Shown in pieces: positions 10,226 through 19,832 of a stretch of DNA of 62,612 bases. Made by a program: the position numbers and the translations under genes. Numbering within the stretch: the stretch's first letter is position 1; each line of letters opens with the position of its first letter. The stretch spans positions 1 to 62,612 of the forward strand of contig JACMKO010000015.1 in assembly GCA_014380065.1 (NCBI GenBank), given 5' to 3'. This DNA comes from Leptolyngbya sp. ES-bin-22 (lineage in GTDB: Bacteria; Cyanobacteriota; Cyanobacteriia; Leptolyngbyales; Leptolyngbyaceae). The notes beneath the pieces are model-generated. The model was not told where the DNA came from and ran no database searches. It saw only the letters and a list, made by a program, of their open reading frames with translations.

Positions 10226-10939
10226 ATGTCCTCCCCATTGCTCAAAATTCAACAGCTCAGCGTGAACTATGGCGGCATTCAGGCGTTACAGGCGATCGAT
10301 CTAGAAATTAACGCTGGCGAAATCGTCACCTTGATTGGCGCTAATGGAGCGGGTAAAACTACGACATTAAAAGCAATTTCTCGCATCATCGGCATTCACG
10401 AAGGTCATATTCTTTACAACGGACAAAATATTACTCGCCAACCTGCCCATACAGTTATGAAGGTAGGCATCGCCCATAGCCCTGAAGGGCGAAAAATCTT
10501 AGCGCGACAAACCGTACTCGACAACTTGGAGTTGGGCGCTTATGTCCGCTCCGACCGCCTGGGTATCAAAGCGGATATCGAACAACAGTTTCTTACCTTT
10601 ACTCGATTGGCAGAACGTCGCCATCAATTAGCAGGCACCCTTAGCGGTGGCGAACAGCAAATGTTGGCGATCGCCCGCGCCCTCATGAGCCGCCCCAAAC
10701 TACTGCTGCTGGACGAACCAAGCTTAGGATTGGCACCCACGATCGTGCGCGAAATTTTTACGATCATTCAGACGCTTCATACCGCAGGCGTGACGATCCT
10801 GTTAGTAGAGCAAAATGCCACGCTTGCTTTACAGTACGCCGATCGGGGCTACGTCTTAGAAGCTGGACACATTACGCTGGCTGGAGCCGCCAACCAACTG
10901 TTGAACGACGAGCGTGTTAGAAAGGCTTATTTAGGTTAG
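10226..10939 (+). CDS. livF: Branched-chain amino acid ABC transporter ATP-binding protein (LivF-like); start likely ATG 10226
   Basis: GANGAGKTT, SPEGRKI, LSGGEQQMLAIARAL, DEPSLGLAP, VRKAYLG. Confidence 0.93.
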   Translation: MSSPLLKIQQLSVNYGGIQALQAIDLEINAGEIVTLIGANGAGKTTTLKAISRIIGIHEGHILYNGQNITRQPAHTVMKVGIAHSPEGRKILARQTVLDNLELGAYVRSDRLGIKADIEQQFLTFTRLAERRHQLAGTLSGGEQQMLAIARALMSRPKLLLLDEPSLGLAPTIVREIFTIIQTLHTAGVTILLVEQNATLALQYADRGYVLEAGHITLAGAANQLLNDERVRKAYLG

Positions 10940-11116
10940 AACCTGTCCTCTCTCTTTACACAAACTCTTTAGAGTTTTTTGCAGCTTTGTCAGCACGATA
11001 CTTTAACCACATGCACAAAGGCCACAGTAAGCCTTTATCGTTATTGAGCGCTGCGTCATTTTCTAATCCATCAACAACGCTCATTCAGGAGAAAAAATGT
11101 TCTGCTTTGCGCCTTG

Positions 11117-11146
11117 TTCTTACAGCTAACTTTCTTACAGCTAACT
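11117..11146. repeat. Perfect 15-bp tandem duplication (TTCTTACAGCTAACT x2)
   Basis: Read directly at 11117-11131 and 11132-11146. Confidence 0.9.
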
Positions 11147-11886
11147 TTATCCTGTGCTTAGAAATCCCTAGCTTTCTTCAAAGACTCCATAAAGGAACTG
11201 TCAACCCTTCTGACAGCCTCTATGATTTATGTGTGAGTACAAATTATACGTGAGCACAAACAGGCGTGAATCTGCAACGACAGCAGTGCAAGTCCCTGCA
11301 AGAACGATCGATAGCAACGAAGCAAGCAGGGTGCCCCCACCCGGCGAGCGACAACAAGTTTGACTATCTTTCCCCGCAACTGTCTAAGCTATAACGCTAG
11401 CGTTCGTCGCTGACCTGAAAAGCAGTTGTCAATCTCAAAGCTGCCTTATACAAATGCGTTTGCAGCATCCTAGCATCACGGCATGATGGCATTGCCTGAG
11501 TACTCGCCCAAGCAAAATAGCTGGCAGCAAGAAGTTAGCAGCTAGATTTTACTTCTGATGGCGTTTAGCTTCAAGTTCTTGCAGCTAAACGCCAGCAACA
11601 TATCCGTATTCCTAAACCTTCGCAGCCGCTTGAAGACAGTTCTGTAGCGCCACCCCCTGCATGTTGGACTGTTTAGTTGCAATAAGAACTGTCTTTAAAA
11701 TCCCCGCACTCAGTTGGGACACCTTTTTGATTCAGTTTTTCCTCTGCATTCTTCCCCAAATTCAGTCTTCCACAGGTTGATCGCCCATTGCCCTCTCACC
11801 TCTTCTATCTTTTTTAAAGCGGCTTGCTTTGGGAAATAACTCTACTGGCACGCTATGCATCTAACATTTACGGTAGCTTTTGAGCC

Positions 11887-12768
11887 ATGCACATACTTAA
11901 TGACGCTACCTTAATTCAGCAGTTTATTAGCGGCGAAGCAACGTTAGCAGCCAACCAAAACCTAAGGATTGAATCTGCCTTCGACAGCGTTCAATTGCTG
12001 TCGAAACGGGGAGGGTTGCTTGCTTCCATTAAGCGCATTGCCAGTCGTCAAACCGTTTTGATGCGACAAAAATCTGACTACAGCACATTGATGCATCAAG
12101 TCCTGCTTGCGCATCATTTCATCCCAACTCCCGGTAGAGGCGACCAACCTGGCTTTGAGCAATACCGGGCAGACGAAATTCCAGCAGGCTACGAAGTAAC
12201 ATATGCAACAGCCAAAGAGTTGTGGAAAGAATGGTGGAGAAAGGCTCGTCAAGCAAGCATCCACAGCATCCACACAGATCTGCTGATTTTTGCCCGTGAC
12301 ACCTGGTATCCCATTCGTAACATTATCTGTAGTGAAGGCGTTCTATTTATTACAACTCTAGTAAGTGAAGCTTCCTTTGAGAGTGATGCACAGCTTACTT
12401 GGCTACGGCGCTTGCCTGCGCCGCGTTCTGCCGCCATACCGCCGACATCTCCTATACTTGCCCAATCACTTCATCCGCTAAGCAAAGCAGCACAAGCGAC
12501 CACCAATCAAAAAGAACACCCGATCGTTTCTGCATCAGCTAGCTTTCTGAGCAAACCCGCTGTTTCGGCTAGTGATCCCTCTGCTCCTGATTTGAGAGCA
12601 GTGCTGCGGTTCCGACAGGGCAAGCTTTACGTTACAACAGCGCTGGGTGACGTTGTGGTAGAAGGCAACCATCTCAAATATCGGTTGGATGAAGGAATGC
12701 GAGGAACCAAGCCTCAGGAACCGCTCAATTTACGTGGCTACCGCGAAAGCCGAGTGGTTAATCAGTGA
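11887..12768 (+). CDS. Hypothetical protein
   Basis: 293-aa ATG ORF with a globular N-terminal part, a Pro/Ala/Ser linker and a small C-terminal domain; no family recognised. Confidence 0.75.
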   Translation: MHILNDATLIQQFISGEATLAANQNLRIESAFDSVQLLSKRGGLLASIKRIASRQTVLMRQKSDYSTLMHQVLLAHHFIPTPGRGDQPGFEQYRADEIPAGYEVTYATAKELWKEWWRKARQASIHSIHTDLLIFARDTWYPIRNIICSEGVLFITTLVSEASFESDAQLTWLRRLPAPRSAAIPPTSPILAQSLHPLSKAAQATTNQKEHPIVSASASFLSKPAVSASDPSAPDLRAVLRFRQGKLYVTTALGDVVVEGNHLKYRLDEGMRGTKPQEPLNLRGYRESRVVNQ

Positions 12769-13174
12769 GGTCGAGCAGTGACAAGAGAGGTAGGGAAAGG
12801 GGGCAGCGTTTCAGGAGGGCTTGTCACACAGCCACCTAGCAAAAAAGCACTCAATAGTTTTATTGACTGGATTCTCCTCGGTAGTAACCCTTAGGGGGTA
12901 GTGAACTCTCTAGCGAATTGTTAGAACAGTAAGCACTTAAGAAGCAATTGCAAGTAGGAATGATACGTGTCGCTAAGCGTTGGCTCTTAACCCTGTTGCG
13001 GTACGTGTCTTTTTAGTCACAGATCACACTTTTCTAGTTACAACGAGCCTGGCTAAGGCATGTACTGCCGTACCTCGCATCAGTGCTATATTAAGAAAAG
13101 TAACGAATTGAAAGTGTGAACAAACTGCGGTTGCTGCAAGCTGTCGTTTCTGTATTGAGTGAGGACTGAACTAC

Positions 13175-13708
13175 GTGACTTCTGTACTGAACCTAACGTC
13201 CACGGCTGAAGCGTCTCTCATCGCTGATTTTTTTCAGCAATCTGAAGGACGTTGGAAATCAGAGCGTCGCTACTACACGCTTCCAGACGGAGAAACAAAA
13301 GAAGTTGTTAGCTTGATTACCATTCGCTTTCTAGAGCGAAGCAGTGCTGAGTTAAGCCATTTAGCGGACTTGCATCACATTGATGGCACCTTGTTAAGCT
13401 GTGGTGCTGAAGTGCTTTGGGATAGCCACGATTCGGCGACAGGAAAGCCACAATCGGCAGGCTCTACACTGTTTGGTGCTTCTGGTGCGACGCTGTACCG
13501 CGATCGCGGATTTGCTACTACTAAGCCAGTTTCAGCAGCCTTTCACTTTTCCCATCCCACCACACTTTGCCTACGCACAGAATACAAAGGGTCTGTGTTT
13601 GAGGAGGAACTGAAGCTTGTGGGTCGCAGTTACCGCACTCGCCAAACGATTATCTCGCGTGCGGGAGAGCAGCAGATGATTGGTCAATACTTAGAAAAAC
13701 GGCTTTAA
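13175..13708 (+). CDS. CpcS/CpeS-family phycobiliprotein lyase (S/U/V-type)
   Basis: FFQQSEGRWKSERRYY, LYRDRGFAT, LRTEY...FEEELKL..YRTRQT, YLEKR; GTG start with upstream GAGG. Confidence 0.85.
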   Translation: MTSVLNLTSTAEASLIADFFQQSEGRWKSERRYYTLPDGETKEVVSLITIRFLERSSAELSHLADLHHIDGTLLSCGAEVLWDSHDSATGKPQSAGSTLFGASGATLYRDRGFATTKPVSAAFHFSHPTTLCLRTEYKGSVFEEELKLVGRSYRTRQTIISRAGEQQMIGQYLEKRL

Positions 13709-13756
13709 GTAAGGACAAGCGGTAAAGGTCAGGGTGCTTTCAGTCTTCTATCTGAA

Positions 13757-14251
13757 CTACCATCCCCAGGAGCCTAGCGTACCTTTGAACGGTCCCACAA
13801 TGTCGCTGGTGACCCAACCGCCGTAAAAGTTGCCGGGTTGTGGTTCTACTTTTTCGCCGTCAACGTAGCAGGCATCCATCGGTGCAGGATAAAACGCGAC
13901 ATGGTTTGTGATCGCCACAAACGCGAGCGTTGGTTCAGGATAGTACCAGGCAACATCATCCAGTCGTTTGTCACCGATTACGAGGCTATAGTAAGCGCCG
14001 TGACCTTTCCATTCACAGTAGGTCGATCGGGCGCTTTTGACCAAATGTTCCTGCTTGATGTCCTCAAGTGGAATGTAGTAAACCGGCGGATGGCTAGTTT
14101 CCAGGACGCGCTTTGCCTGGTGCGTATCGGCGATTGTAATACCGTTAAAGATGATCTGAATGTGCTTGGCAGTCTCTTCTAGGCGAGGCGGACGAGGATA
14201 ATCCCAAACGGATTCCTGCCCAGGTTGCGGTTCAAGGCGTTGTTGGCTCAT
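13757..14251 (-). CDS. DUF427 domain protein
   Basis: ESVWDYPRPP, VLETSHPPVYYIP, TYCEWKG, AWYYPEP, FYGGWVT. Confidence 0.9.
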   Translation of the reverse strand: MSQQRLEPQPGQESVWDYPRPPRLEETAKHIQIIFNGITIADTHQAKRVLETSHPPVYYIPLEDIKQEHLVKSARSTYCEWKGHGAYYSLVIGDKRLDDVAWYYPEPTLAFVAITNHVAFYPAPMDACYVDGEKVEPQPGNFYGGWVTSDIVGPFKGTLGSWGW

Positions 14252-14353
14252 AGATCCATTTTAACGACTGTCACGATGAGTGGTGAAGCCGGAGGCATGG
14301 AACATGAAGCTGGGGAAGATACGTGAGGTTACGCAGTCAAGCAGCGGTTTGCG

Positions 14354-14983
14354 TTAATGTTCAAACAACCCTTGATATTGCAGCAAGTCTAATTGGGCGA
14401 TCGTTGGGATGCACTGAAAGCACTGCTGTGCTAGATCCCACCGTTCTTCACGCTTCAGCATGGCGATCAGCTTTTGACGGGCACTGAGTAAGTAGCGAAC
14501 ATCATTCGCTGCATAACGAAGCTGTTCTGGTGACAAATTGACTGCATTGCCCCAGTCCGAGCTTTGAGCGCTTTTGTCTAATTCGACGTGTTCAAGCTCT
14601 TGCACCAAATCTTTCAGACCATGTTTGGGTGTGTAGGTACGAGCGAGTTTGCTGGCAACTTTAGTGCAGAAAAGTGGCTTGACGTTGATACGCAGATGGT
14701 AGTGCAGTGTGGCAACATCAAAGCGCGCAAAATGGAAAACTTTGACGCTACTTTCCGCTTCTAGTAAACGTTTGAGATTCGGAGCGTCGATCTGTCCACG
14801 ATCTATGCGCACGACGGTAACGCGATCGAGCGGGTCACAGAGTTGCACTAAGCAGAGGCGATCGCGCTGAGGCAGCAAGCCCATTGTCTCGGTATCCACC
14901 GCGATCGCCTCTGCTTGAAGATACTCTGCAAGCTGTTCTTCAGACAAATCGCGATCGCAAAGCTGGAAATCTACCAATGCCAT
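14354..14983 (-). CDS. rnd: Ribonuclease D-like 3'-5' exonuclease (DEDDy)
   Basis: AVDTETMGL, RLCLVQL, KVFHFARFD, SSDWG, QLRYAANDV. Confidence 0.92.
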   Translation of the reverse strand: MALVDFQLCDRDLSEEQLAEYLQAEAIAVDTETMGLLPQRDRLCLVQLCDPLDRVTVVRIDRGQIDAPNLKRLLEAESSVKVFHFARFDVATLHYHLRINVKPLFCTKVASKLARTYTPKHGLKDLVQELEHVELDKSAQSSDWGNAVNLSPEQLRYAANDVRYLLSARQKLIAMLKREERWDLAQQCFQCIPTIAQLDLLQYQGLFEH

Positions 14984-15141
14984 CGTGAACCAAAGCGTAG
15001 GGTACAGAGACCAGAGTACAAGGTATCAGGACAGTCAGCACCACTTCACTCTTGAGCAAGTGCCTCGATTTTAGAAACACTTGACTTCAGAAACAAATGT
15101 ACACTCCGCTTTGGCGAGCCTGTCGTTTTGTGACTGTCTCA

Positions 15142-15687
15142 TCAGCGACGACGCATAAAAACTTGGGTGAAGTAGTATTCTCCCTTAGCATTTTGGGCGA
15201 TGCCAATCCCTGTCAGATCGAATGATCCTTCAATATTTTGACGATGACCAGTGCTTTTCAACCAGCCTTGCACAGCTTGAAGCACCGGGTCGCTGTATCC
15301 CTGATTGTACGCTACGTTTTCTGCCGCACGGCTGTATGGAAGTGTACGGGCGATCGCCTGTACGCGCTGCTGAAAACCGTTATGGCTAAAAGGTGTACGA
15401 CCCGCTGCCATTGCCTGACTGTGCGCCCGTGCTTGTTCGCTGATACGCGCATCCAACGTTAGCGGTGGCAGTTTACGGCTGGCACGATACTGATTGATTT
15501 GAGTGAACACTGCCTGCTCTAGCGCTGGTAGGGATGAAGCAGCCTGAGCCGTACGCTGCTGTAAACCTGTTACAGGTCGAGCCGAAGCAAAAAGGGCACC
15601 TACCGTTGCATCAGAAAAGACCAAACCGCTTGCGATCGCAAGCACACTTACTGCGCCAACTTTAAACGCTGTGGAAAGCATCAGCAT
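15142..15687 (-). CDS. CAP/SCP domain secreted protein
   Basis: Signal-like N-terminus; INQYR, ARAHSQAM, FSHNG, AENVA, WLKSTGHRQNI, TGIGI, YYFTQVF. Confidence 0.92.
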   Translation of the reverse strand: MLMLSTAFKVGAVSVLAIASGLVFSDATVGALFASARPVTGLQQRTAQAASSLPALEQAVFTQINQYRASRKLPPLTLDARISEQARAHSQAMAAGRTPFSHNGFQQRVQAIARTLPYSRAAENVAYNQGYSDPVLQAVQGWLKSTGHRQNIEGSFDLTGIGIAQNAKGEYYFTQVFMRRR

Positions 15688-16029
15688 AACCTCGCATCAA
15701 ATCTATTGATGTTATGGACCCACCCAGTATTCAGGAGTTCCGCATCAGTTTAGTAAGGCTTAGACTCTGGCAACACGTGCGGTCGGCGACAAGCAAAATT
15801 GGAAACAGATGAGGATTGTACGGTCGTGCTGAAAGCGTCTGTTCTTTAGACTGGAGATTACTACAGATGAATTGGGATTTGTGGCTTCAACGCTGTAAAC
15901 CTGTGCATGATGAGTGCCTCGTTACAGCTAGTGACCTTGAGCAGCACAGACTACCCCGTAGTGATGGTTGTCATGACTAGGCTCATAACGCCACAACGAC
16001 ACAAACCTTTATCCTTCACCCATTAACCC

Positions 16030-16371
16030 ATGACCGACTCCGATTTCATTGTCGGTGCAGCCGTTTTTGACTTAAACGGTTTGCCCAAGGAGTACTTTAC
16101 GACTCCTGAAGACGGCAATATGATCTGGGTACAGACGATTTTTCAGGCGTTGGGTCTGCGATCGCTCCTCATGTCGTCTTTGCAGCTTGAGGGCTTTCAT
16201 CATGCCACCATTCTTGGTACTGACCATTCGGCAGTGGTTGTTAAGCAAAAAGCTCACTACGTCGCGTTACTGATCCAGCCACAAGCTGCGATCGATGCTG
16301 CTTTTATCGAATGGGTACAAGCCATTGAACCCAGCGAACTTAAGAACAATCCTCGCTTTCATACGGCTTGA
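16030..16371 (+). CDS. Hypothetical protein, possible Roadblock/LC7-like fold
   Basis: 113 aa; begins IVGAAVFDLNGLP, resembling the Roadblock beta-hairpin-DG start. Confidence 0.7.
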   Translation: MTDSDFIVGAAVFDLNGLPKEYFTTPEDGNMIWVQTIFQALGLRSLLMSSLQLEGFHHATILGTDHSAVVVKQKAHYVALLIQPQAAIDAAFIEWVQAIEPSELKNNPRFHTA

Positions 16372-16440
16372 TTGCTCGACAACGTTTAACCGCACGGCTG
16401 AACAGTACCATAGGAGTGTAGCGCATCGGCTTTGGCAATC

Positions 16441-17175
16441 ATGACCACGCTTTTACCACAAGCACCTGCGATTGTTTATCCCAGTGCCGATGGTGAACCG
16501 TTGGCAGAAACCTCTGTACATATCGATGCGATTATCGATGCTGTTGTGGTGCTAAGACAGCATCTAGACGGTCAATCTGCGATCGTTCTTGCTGACCAGT
16601 TCCTTTATTACGCCCAAGGCTATCCTAAACTACGGGTTGCGCCCGATATTATGGTGGTCTTAAACGTCACTCCGGGTCCACGCGACAATTACAAACTTTG
16701 GGAAGAAGAGCAGGTTCCGGTTGTCATTTTTGAGATCACATCCGAGGGCACAAAAAATCAGGATCAGGGGTTCAAGAAAACGCTCTATGAGCAGCTTGAA
16801 GTCCAGGAATACTGGCAGTTTGACCCCAAAGGCGAATGGCTTGAGGATCAGTTAAAAGGCTATCGGCTGCACGGAGAACGATACGAACCGATTGTTGATA
16901 GTCGCATCGAACCGTTGCATCTTCGGATTGCCGTTGATGGTCAACAGATCGCCTTTTATCGGGAAGACACTGGCGAAAAACTGCTGGCATCTGGCGAATT
17001 AGCACAGGCACTCCGAAAAGAAGTGCGATCGCGCCAACAAGCAGAAGAACGAGCCGAACAAGAACACCAACGAGCTGAACAAGAGCGCCAACGAGCTGAA
17101 CAGGCGGAGACGCAAGTAGAACAGTTGAAGGAACGGCTGCGATCGCTCGGTGTTGATCCAGAGATAAAGCTGTAA
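16441..17175 (+). CDS. Uma2 (DUF820) family putative endonuclease with C-terminal coiled coil
   Basis: YPSADGEPLAE, VAPDIMVV, VIFEITS, EYWQFDP; RAEQE heptad repeats ending LRSLGVDP. Confidence 0.93.
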   Translation: MTTLLPQAPAIVYPSADGEPLAETSVHIDAIIDAVVVLRQHLDGQSAIVLADQFLYYAQGYPKLRVAPDIMVVLNVTPGPRDNYKLWEEEQVPVVIFEITSEGTKNQDQGFKKTLYEQLEVQEYWQFDPKGEWLEDQLKGYRLHGERYEPIVDSRIEPLHLRIAVDGQQIAFYREDTGEKLLASGELAQALRKEVRSRQQAEERAEQEHQRAEQERQRAEQAETQVEQLKERLRSLGVDPEIKL

Positions 17176-17240
17176 ATTCTGGAGCTTTAGAGTGCGATGC
17201 TCTTAAAACTGCGGCGTTGCTGCACAGCGGGAGAATCACT

Positions 17241-17357
17241 TACAGCCGCTTTCACATGGATAAGCCACAGATTGTAGAGTGGGCACTGCCCACAGAGCTT
17301 ACACCGAGGCTTTTTGAACAATTGTGGGCACTGCCCACCCTACTGAAAATTGCTGTA
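17241..17357. mobile_element. MITE-like element (~117 bp including TA ends) carrying an inverted REP-like pair
   Basis: Ends TACAGCCGCTTTCA / TGAAAATTGCTGTA (imperfect TIR, TA at both ends); internal GTAGAGTGGGCACTGCCCAC (17274-17293) and GTGGGCACTGCCCACCCTAC (17324-17343). Confidence 0.7.
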
Positions 17358-17520
17358 ATTGCCCTCTTCCAAGAAGAGGGGGAACAGAACTTTGCTCATG
17401 TTGGAGAATCTGTGGAGAGGCAGGAGTTCTGCACCACTTGTTGCGTTTCAACTGATTGCGCTAAAAAAAGTAGCGATCGCTGTTTTCAGGCGATCGCTAC
17501 TAATTCAGTAATTCAGCTAA

Positions 17521-17623
17521 GGGAAAGGCGCAGAAATAAGCTACCAATCAACGCGGGAATCCCAGCGTAGAGGCATTGCACTGCAATGCCTCTACGCTGG
17601 GATAGTATTTACCCGCAAGTTCC
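17521..17623. mobile_element. MITE-like element (103 bp) with TAA flanks and a 45-bp palindromic core
   Basis: TAA at 17518-17520 and 17624-17626; weak TIR GGGAAAGGCGCAGAAATA / TATTTACCCGCAAGTTCC; core ATCCCAGCGTAGAGGCATTGCA-C-TGCAATGCCTCTACGCTGGGAT (17559-17603). Confidence 0.6.
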
Positions 17624-17639
17624 TAATTTCTACCGATGC

Positions 17640-18275
17640 TTACTTGTTTGGCTGTGGGGTCATCCGTAGATATGGTTTGACTTCGGTCAGCCCTTTCGAG
17701 AACTTTTGCTTCGCTTCTTCGGTAGAAATTGACGGCACAACTACCACATCGTCGCCATCTTTCCAGTTTGCAGGTGTGGCTACACCATAGTTGTCAGTCA
17801 ATTGCAGCGAATCAATGACCCGCAAGACTTCATCAAAGTTGCGTCCTGTGCTGGGGGGATAGGTCAGGGTCAAGCGCAGCTTTTTCTGGGGATCAATCAC
17901 AAACACGGTTCGGACGGTCACCTTTGCATTAGCGCTGGGGTGAATCATGCCATAGAGGTCAGACACTTTGCGATCGGCATCAGCAAGCAGCGGATAGTTA
18001 ACCGTAGTGTTCTGAGTTTCGTTAATATCGGCGATCCACCCTTTATGGGAGTCGTTCGGATCGACGCTGAGTGCGAGCACTTTTACATTGCGCTTATCGA
18101 ACTCAGGCTTGAGTCTTGCCACTTCGCCAAGTTCAGTCGTGCAAACAGGAGTATAGTCAGCCGGATGGGAGAAGAGTACAACCCAGCTATCCCCTGCCCA
18201 AGCATAAAAATCGATGGGTCCCTCGCTGGACTCTTGAGTAAAGTTGGGGGCGGCATCGCCTAATTGAAGAGTCAT
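17640..18275 (-). CDS. 1-Cys peroxiredoxin (Prx6 type)
   Basis: FSHPADYTPVCTTELG, YPPSTGRNFDEVLRVIDSLQL, TPANW, PYLRMT. Confidence 0.95.
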   Translation of the reverse strand: MTLQLGDAAPNFTQESSEGPIDFYAWAGDSWVVLFSHPADYTPVCTTELGEVARLKPEFDKRNVKVLALSVDPNDSHKGWIADINETQNTTVNYPLLADADRKVSDLYGMIHPSANAKVTVRTVFVIDPQKKLRLTLTYPPSTGRNFDEVLRVIDSLQLTDNYGVATPANWKDGDDVVVVPSISTEEAKQKFSKGLTEVKPYLRMTPQPNK

Positions 18276-18331
18276 AAGCGTCTTTCCTGGTAGGTTACGT
18301 TAGCTGCATCTAGACAGCTTGTTATCATTTT

Positions 18332-18365
18332 ATCTAAACTCCGGTTATCCGCTCGGAGTTTAGAT
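18332..18365. promoter_or_regulatory. Perfect 12-bp inverted repeat upstream of the peroxiredoxin gene (candidate operator)
   Basis: ATCTAAACTCCG-N10-CGGAGTTTAGAT, about 55-90 bp upstream of the prx start on the minus strand. Confidence 0.45.
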
Positions 18366-19055
18366 CTATATACCATTTTAGCTTAGCTGTTTAAAGGTCG
18401 CGTAAAGGGAGAGGCAACAATTTAAATACTACTATGTGAGTGACATAAGCATCGGTCAGGAAAAGCTTTACAACTGGGCAAGTAGATTCACTGGGATTGT
18501 GTTGGTCGTTCTTAGCTTAGCTGCGTCGTTGGTTGAAGTGTCACTTGCAACCATTCTCAGTAGGATGGGCACCGCCCATTCATTGCCAGAATGCTTATGC
18601 CATCGTGTGTGTGAGTAAGGCTCATCCTACAATTTGTGGTTTATTCATCTGGAAACCGCTGTCACGTCGACTATTGAAGTCGTGCACTCTTTGAGGTCTT
18701 TCCAGCGATCGCCGACCTCTTTCCACTTCTTCTTTATCGGTTTGGCACCTGACAGGAGACTCTATCAGTATGGAGAGCGCTGCATGAGATGAGCGAGCTT
18801 GGGAAAATCTTTATGTTTAGTCCTCATCGTTTCTCTTACTAGTGGCTTTGAGCCTATTAGCGGCTTTGAACCAGTGGTGGTGTGCGATAGGCGGTGAATC
18901 ACGTCGCTTAGAGTAGTTCCACCCTAGAAAATTCACGGGGCGATCGCTGCAATACTAAATATCTTTTGTAAAAACTTACCCTAATGGTCGGTATTGCCAC
19001 TGTATATTTGGGCAAGATAATAACAGCCCTAGATCTTACAGACCTGTATTACTTC

Positions 19056-19832
19056 ATGGAAGCTAAAGTAGCGGACTCAAAAGCCTTGTTAGTTGTTGAT
19101 GAAAAGCCCCTCTCCTTAAGGCAGTGTCTGCGTTACTTGCAGGCAGCGGGTAAACTGCAAGCCTTTGTTGGCGATATTCTGCGGCAATATGTTCTAGAGC
19201 AAGAGCTAGAAACCAGGCAAGATATTGAAATTAGCTCTGCCACCGTTGAACAGTCAGTGATCGATTTTCGGTTGCAGCAGCAGCTTACAGATAGTAAGGT
19301 CTTTCAGGAGTGGCTCAACCGCAATGGCTTGACCTACGAGCAGTTTCACAGCCAAATCGTCGGCAGCTTCAAGCTCGAAAAGCTGAAAACTCAGGTAACG
19401 CACGATCGCCTGCAAGAGCATTTTATTGAGCGCAAGGTGTTTTTCGATCGCGTTGTGCTGTCTCGCATTGTGGTTGCCAGCCAAGAACTGGCAGAAGAAC
19501 TGCACAGCCAGATTACTGAAGGCGCAAATTTTGAGCAGTTGGCACGGGAGTACTCAACGGCTGATGAGCGGGTTGCCAATGGCATGATGGGTCCGGTGAG
19601 CCGAGGCACGTTGCCCGATGCCTTGAGAGCCGCGATCGATTCTGCCAGCCCAGGCGAAATGGTGGGACCGCTCGAATTTGAAAAGTTTTGGGCAATCTTT
19701 CGAGTAGAGCAGTTTTTACCTGCAACCTTAGAAGACAATCAGTTGCAGCAGGCGATGCAAAATGAGTTGTTTGAGCGTTGGCTAGCAGAAAAAATTCAGA
19801 CCATGACCGTTAAGCTACAGGTGAACGAATGA
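19056..19832 (+). CDS. PpiC/parvulin-type peptidylprolyl isomerase (SurA/PrsA-like); start 19056 or 18984
   Basis: VVLSRIVV..QELAEEL..QI.EGANFEQLAREYS, GMMGPVSRGTLP, GEMVGP; overlaps the next gene (ATGA). Confidence 0.9.
   Translation: MEAKVADSKALLVVDEKPLSLRQCLRYLQAAGKLQAFVGDILRQYVLEQELETRQDIEISSATVEQSVIDFRLQQQLTDSKVFQEWLNRNGLTYEQFHSQIVGSFKLEKLKTQVTHDRLQEHFIERKVFFDRVVLSRIVVASQELAEELHSQITEGANFEQLAREYSTADERVANGMMGPVSRGTLPDALRAAIDSASPGEMVGPLEFEKFWAIFRVEQFLPATLEDNQLQQAMQNELFERWLAEKIQTMTVKLQVNE

Noticed and set aside
11285-11385. Fragments resembling a cobalamin riboswitch (GTGCAAGTCC ... CCCCGCAACTGT)
   Set aside because: The two motifs are over 70 nt apart instead of about 10, no B12 box follows, and no B12-related gene is downstream.
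17040-17110. 21-bp repeats as a possible CRISPR or VNTR array
   Set aside because: They encode the usual RAEQE heptads of Uma2 coiled-coil tails; there are no spacers and no cas genes.
17217-17570. 117-aa ORF
   Set aside because: It runs through two MITE/REP elements and palindromes, so it is probably spurious.
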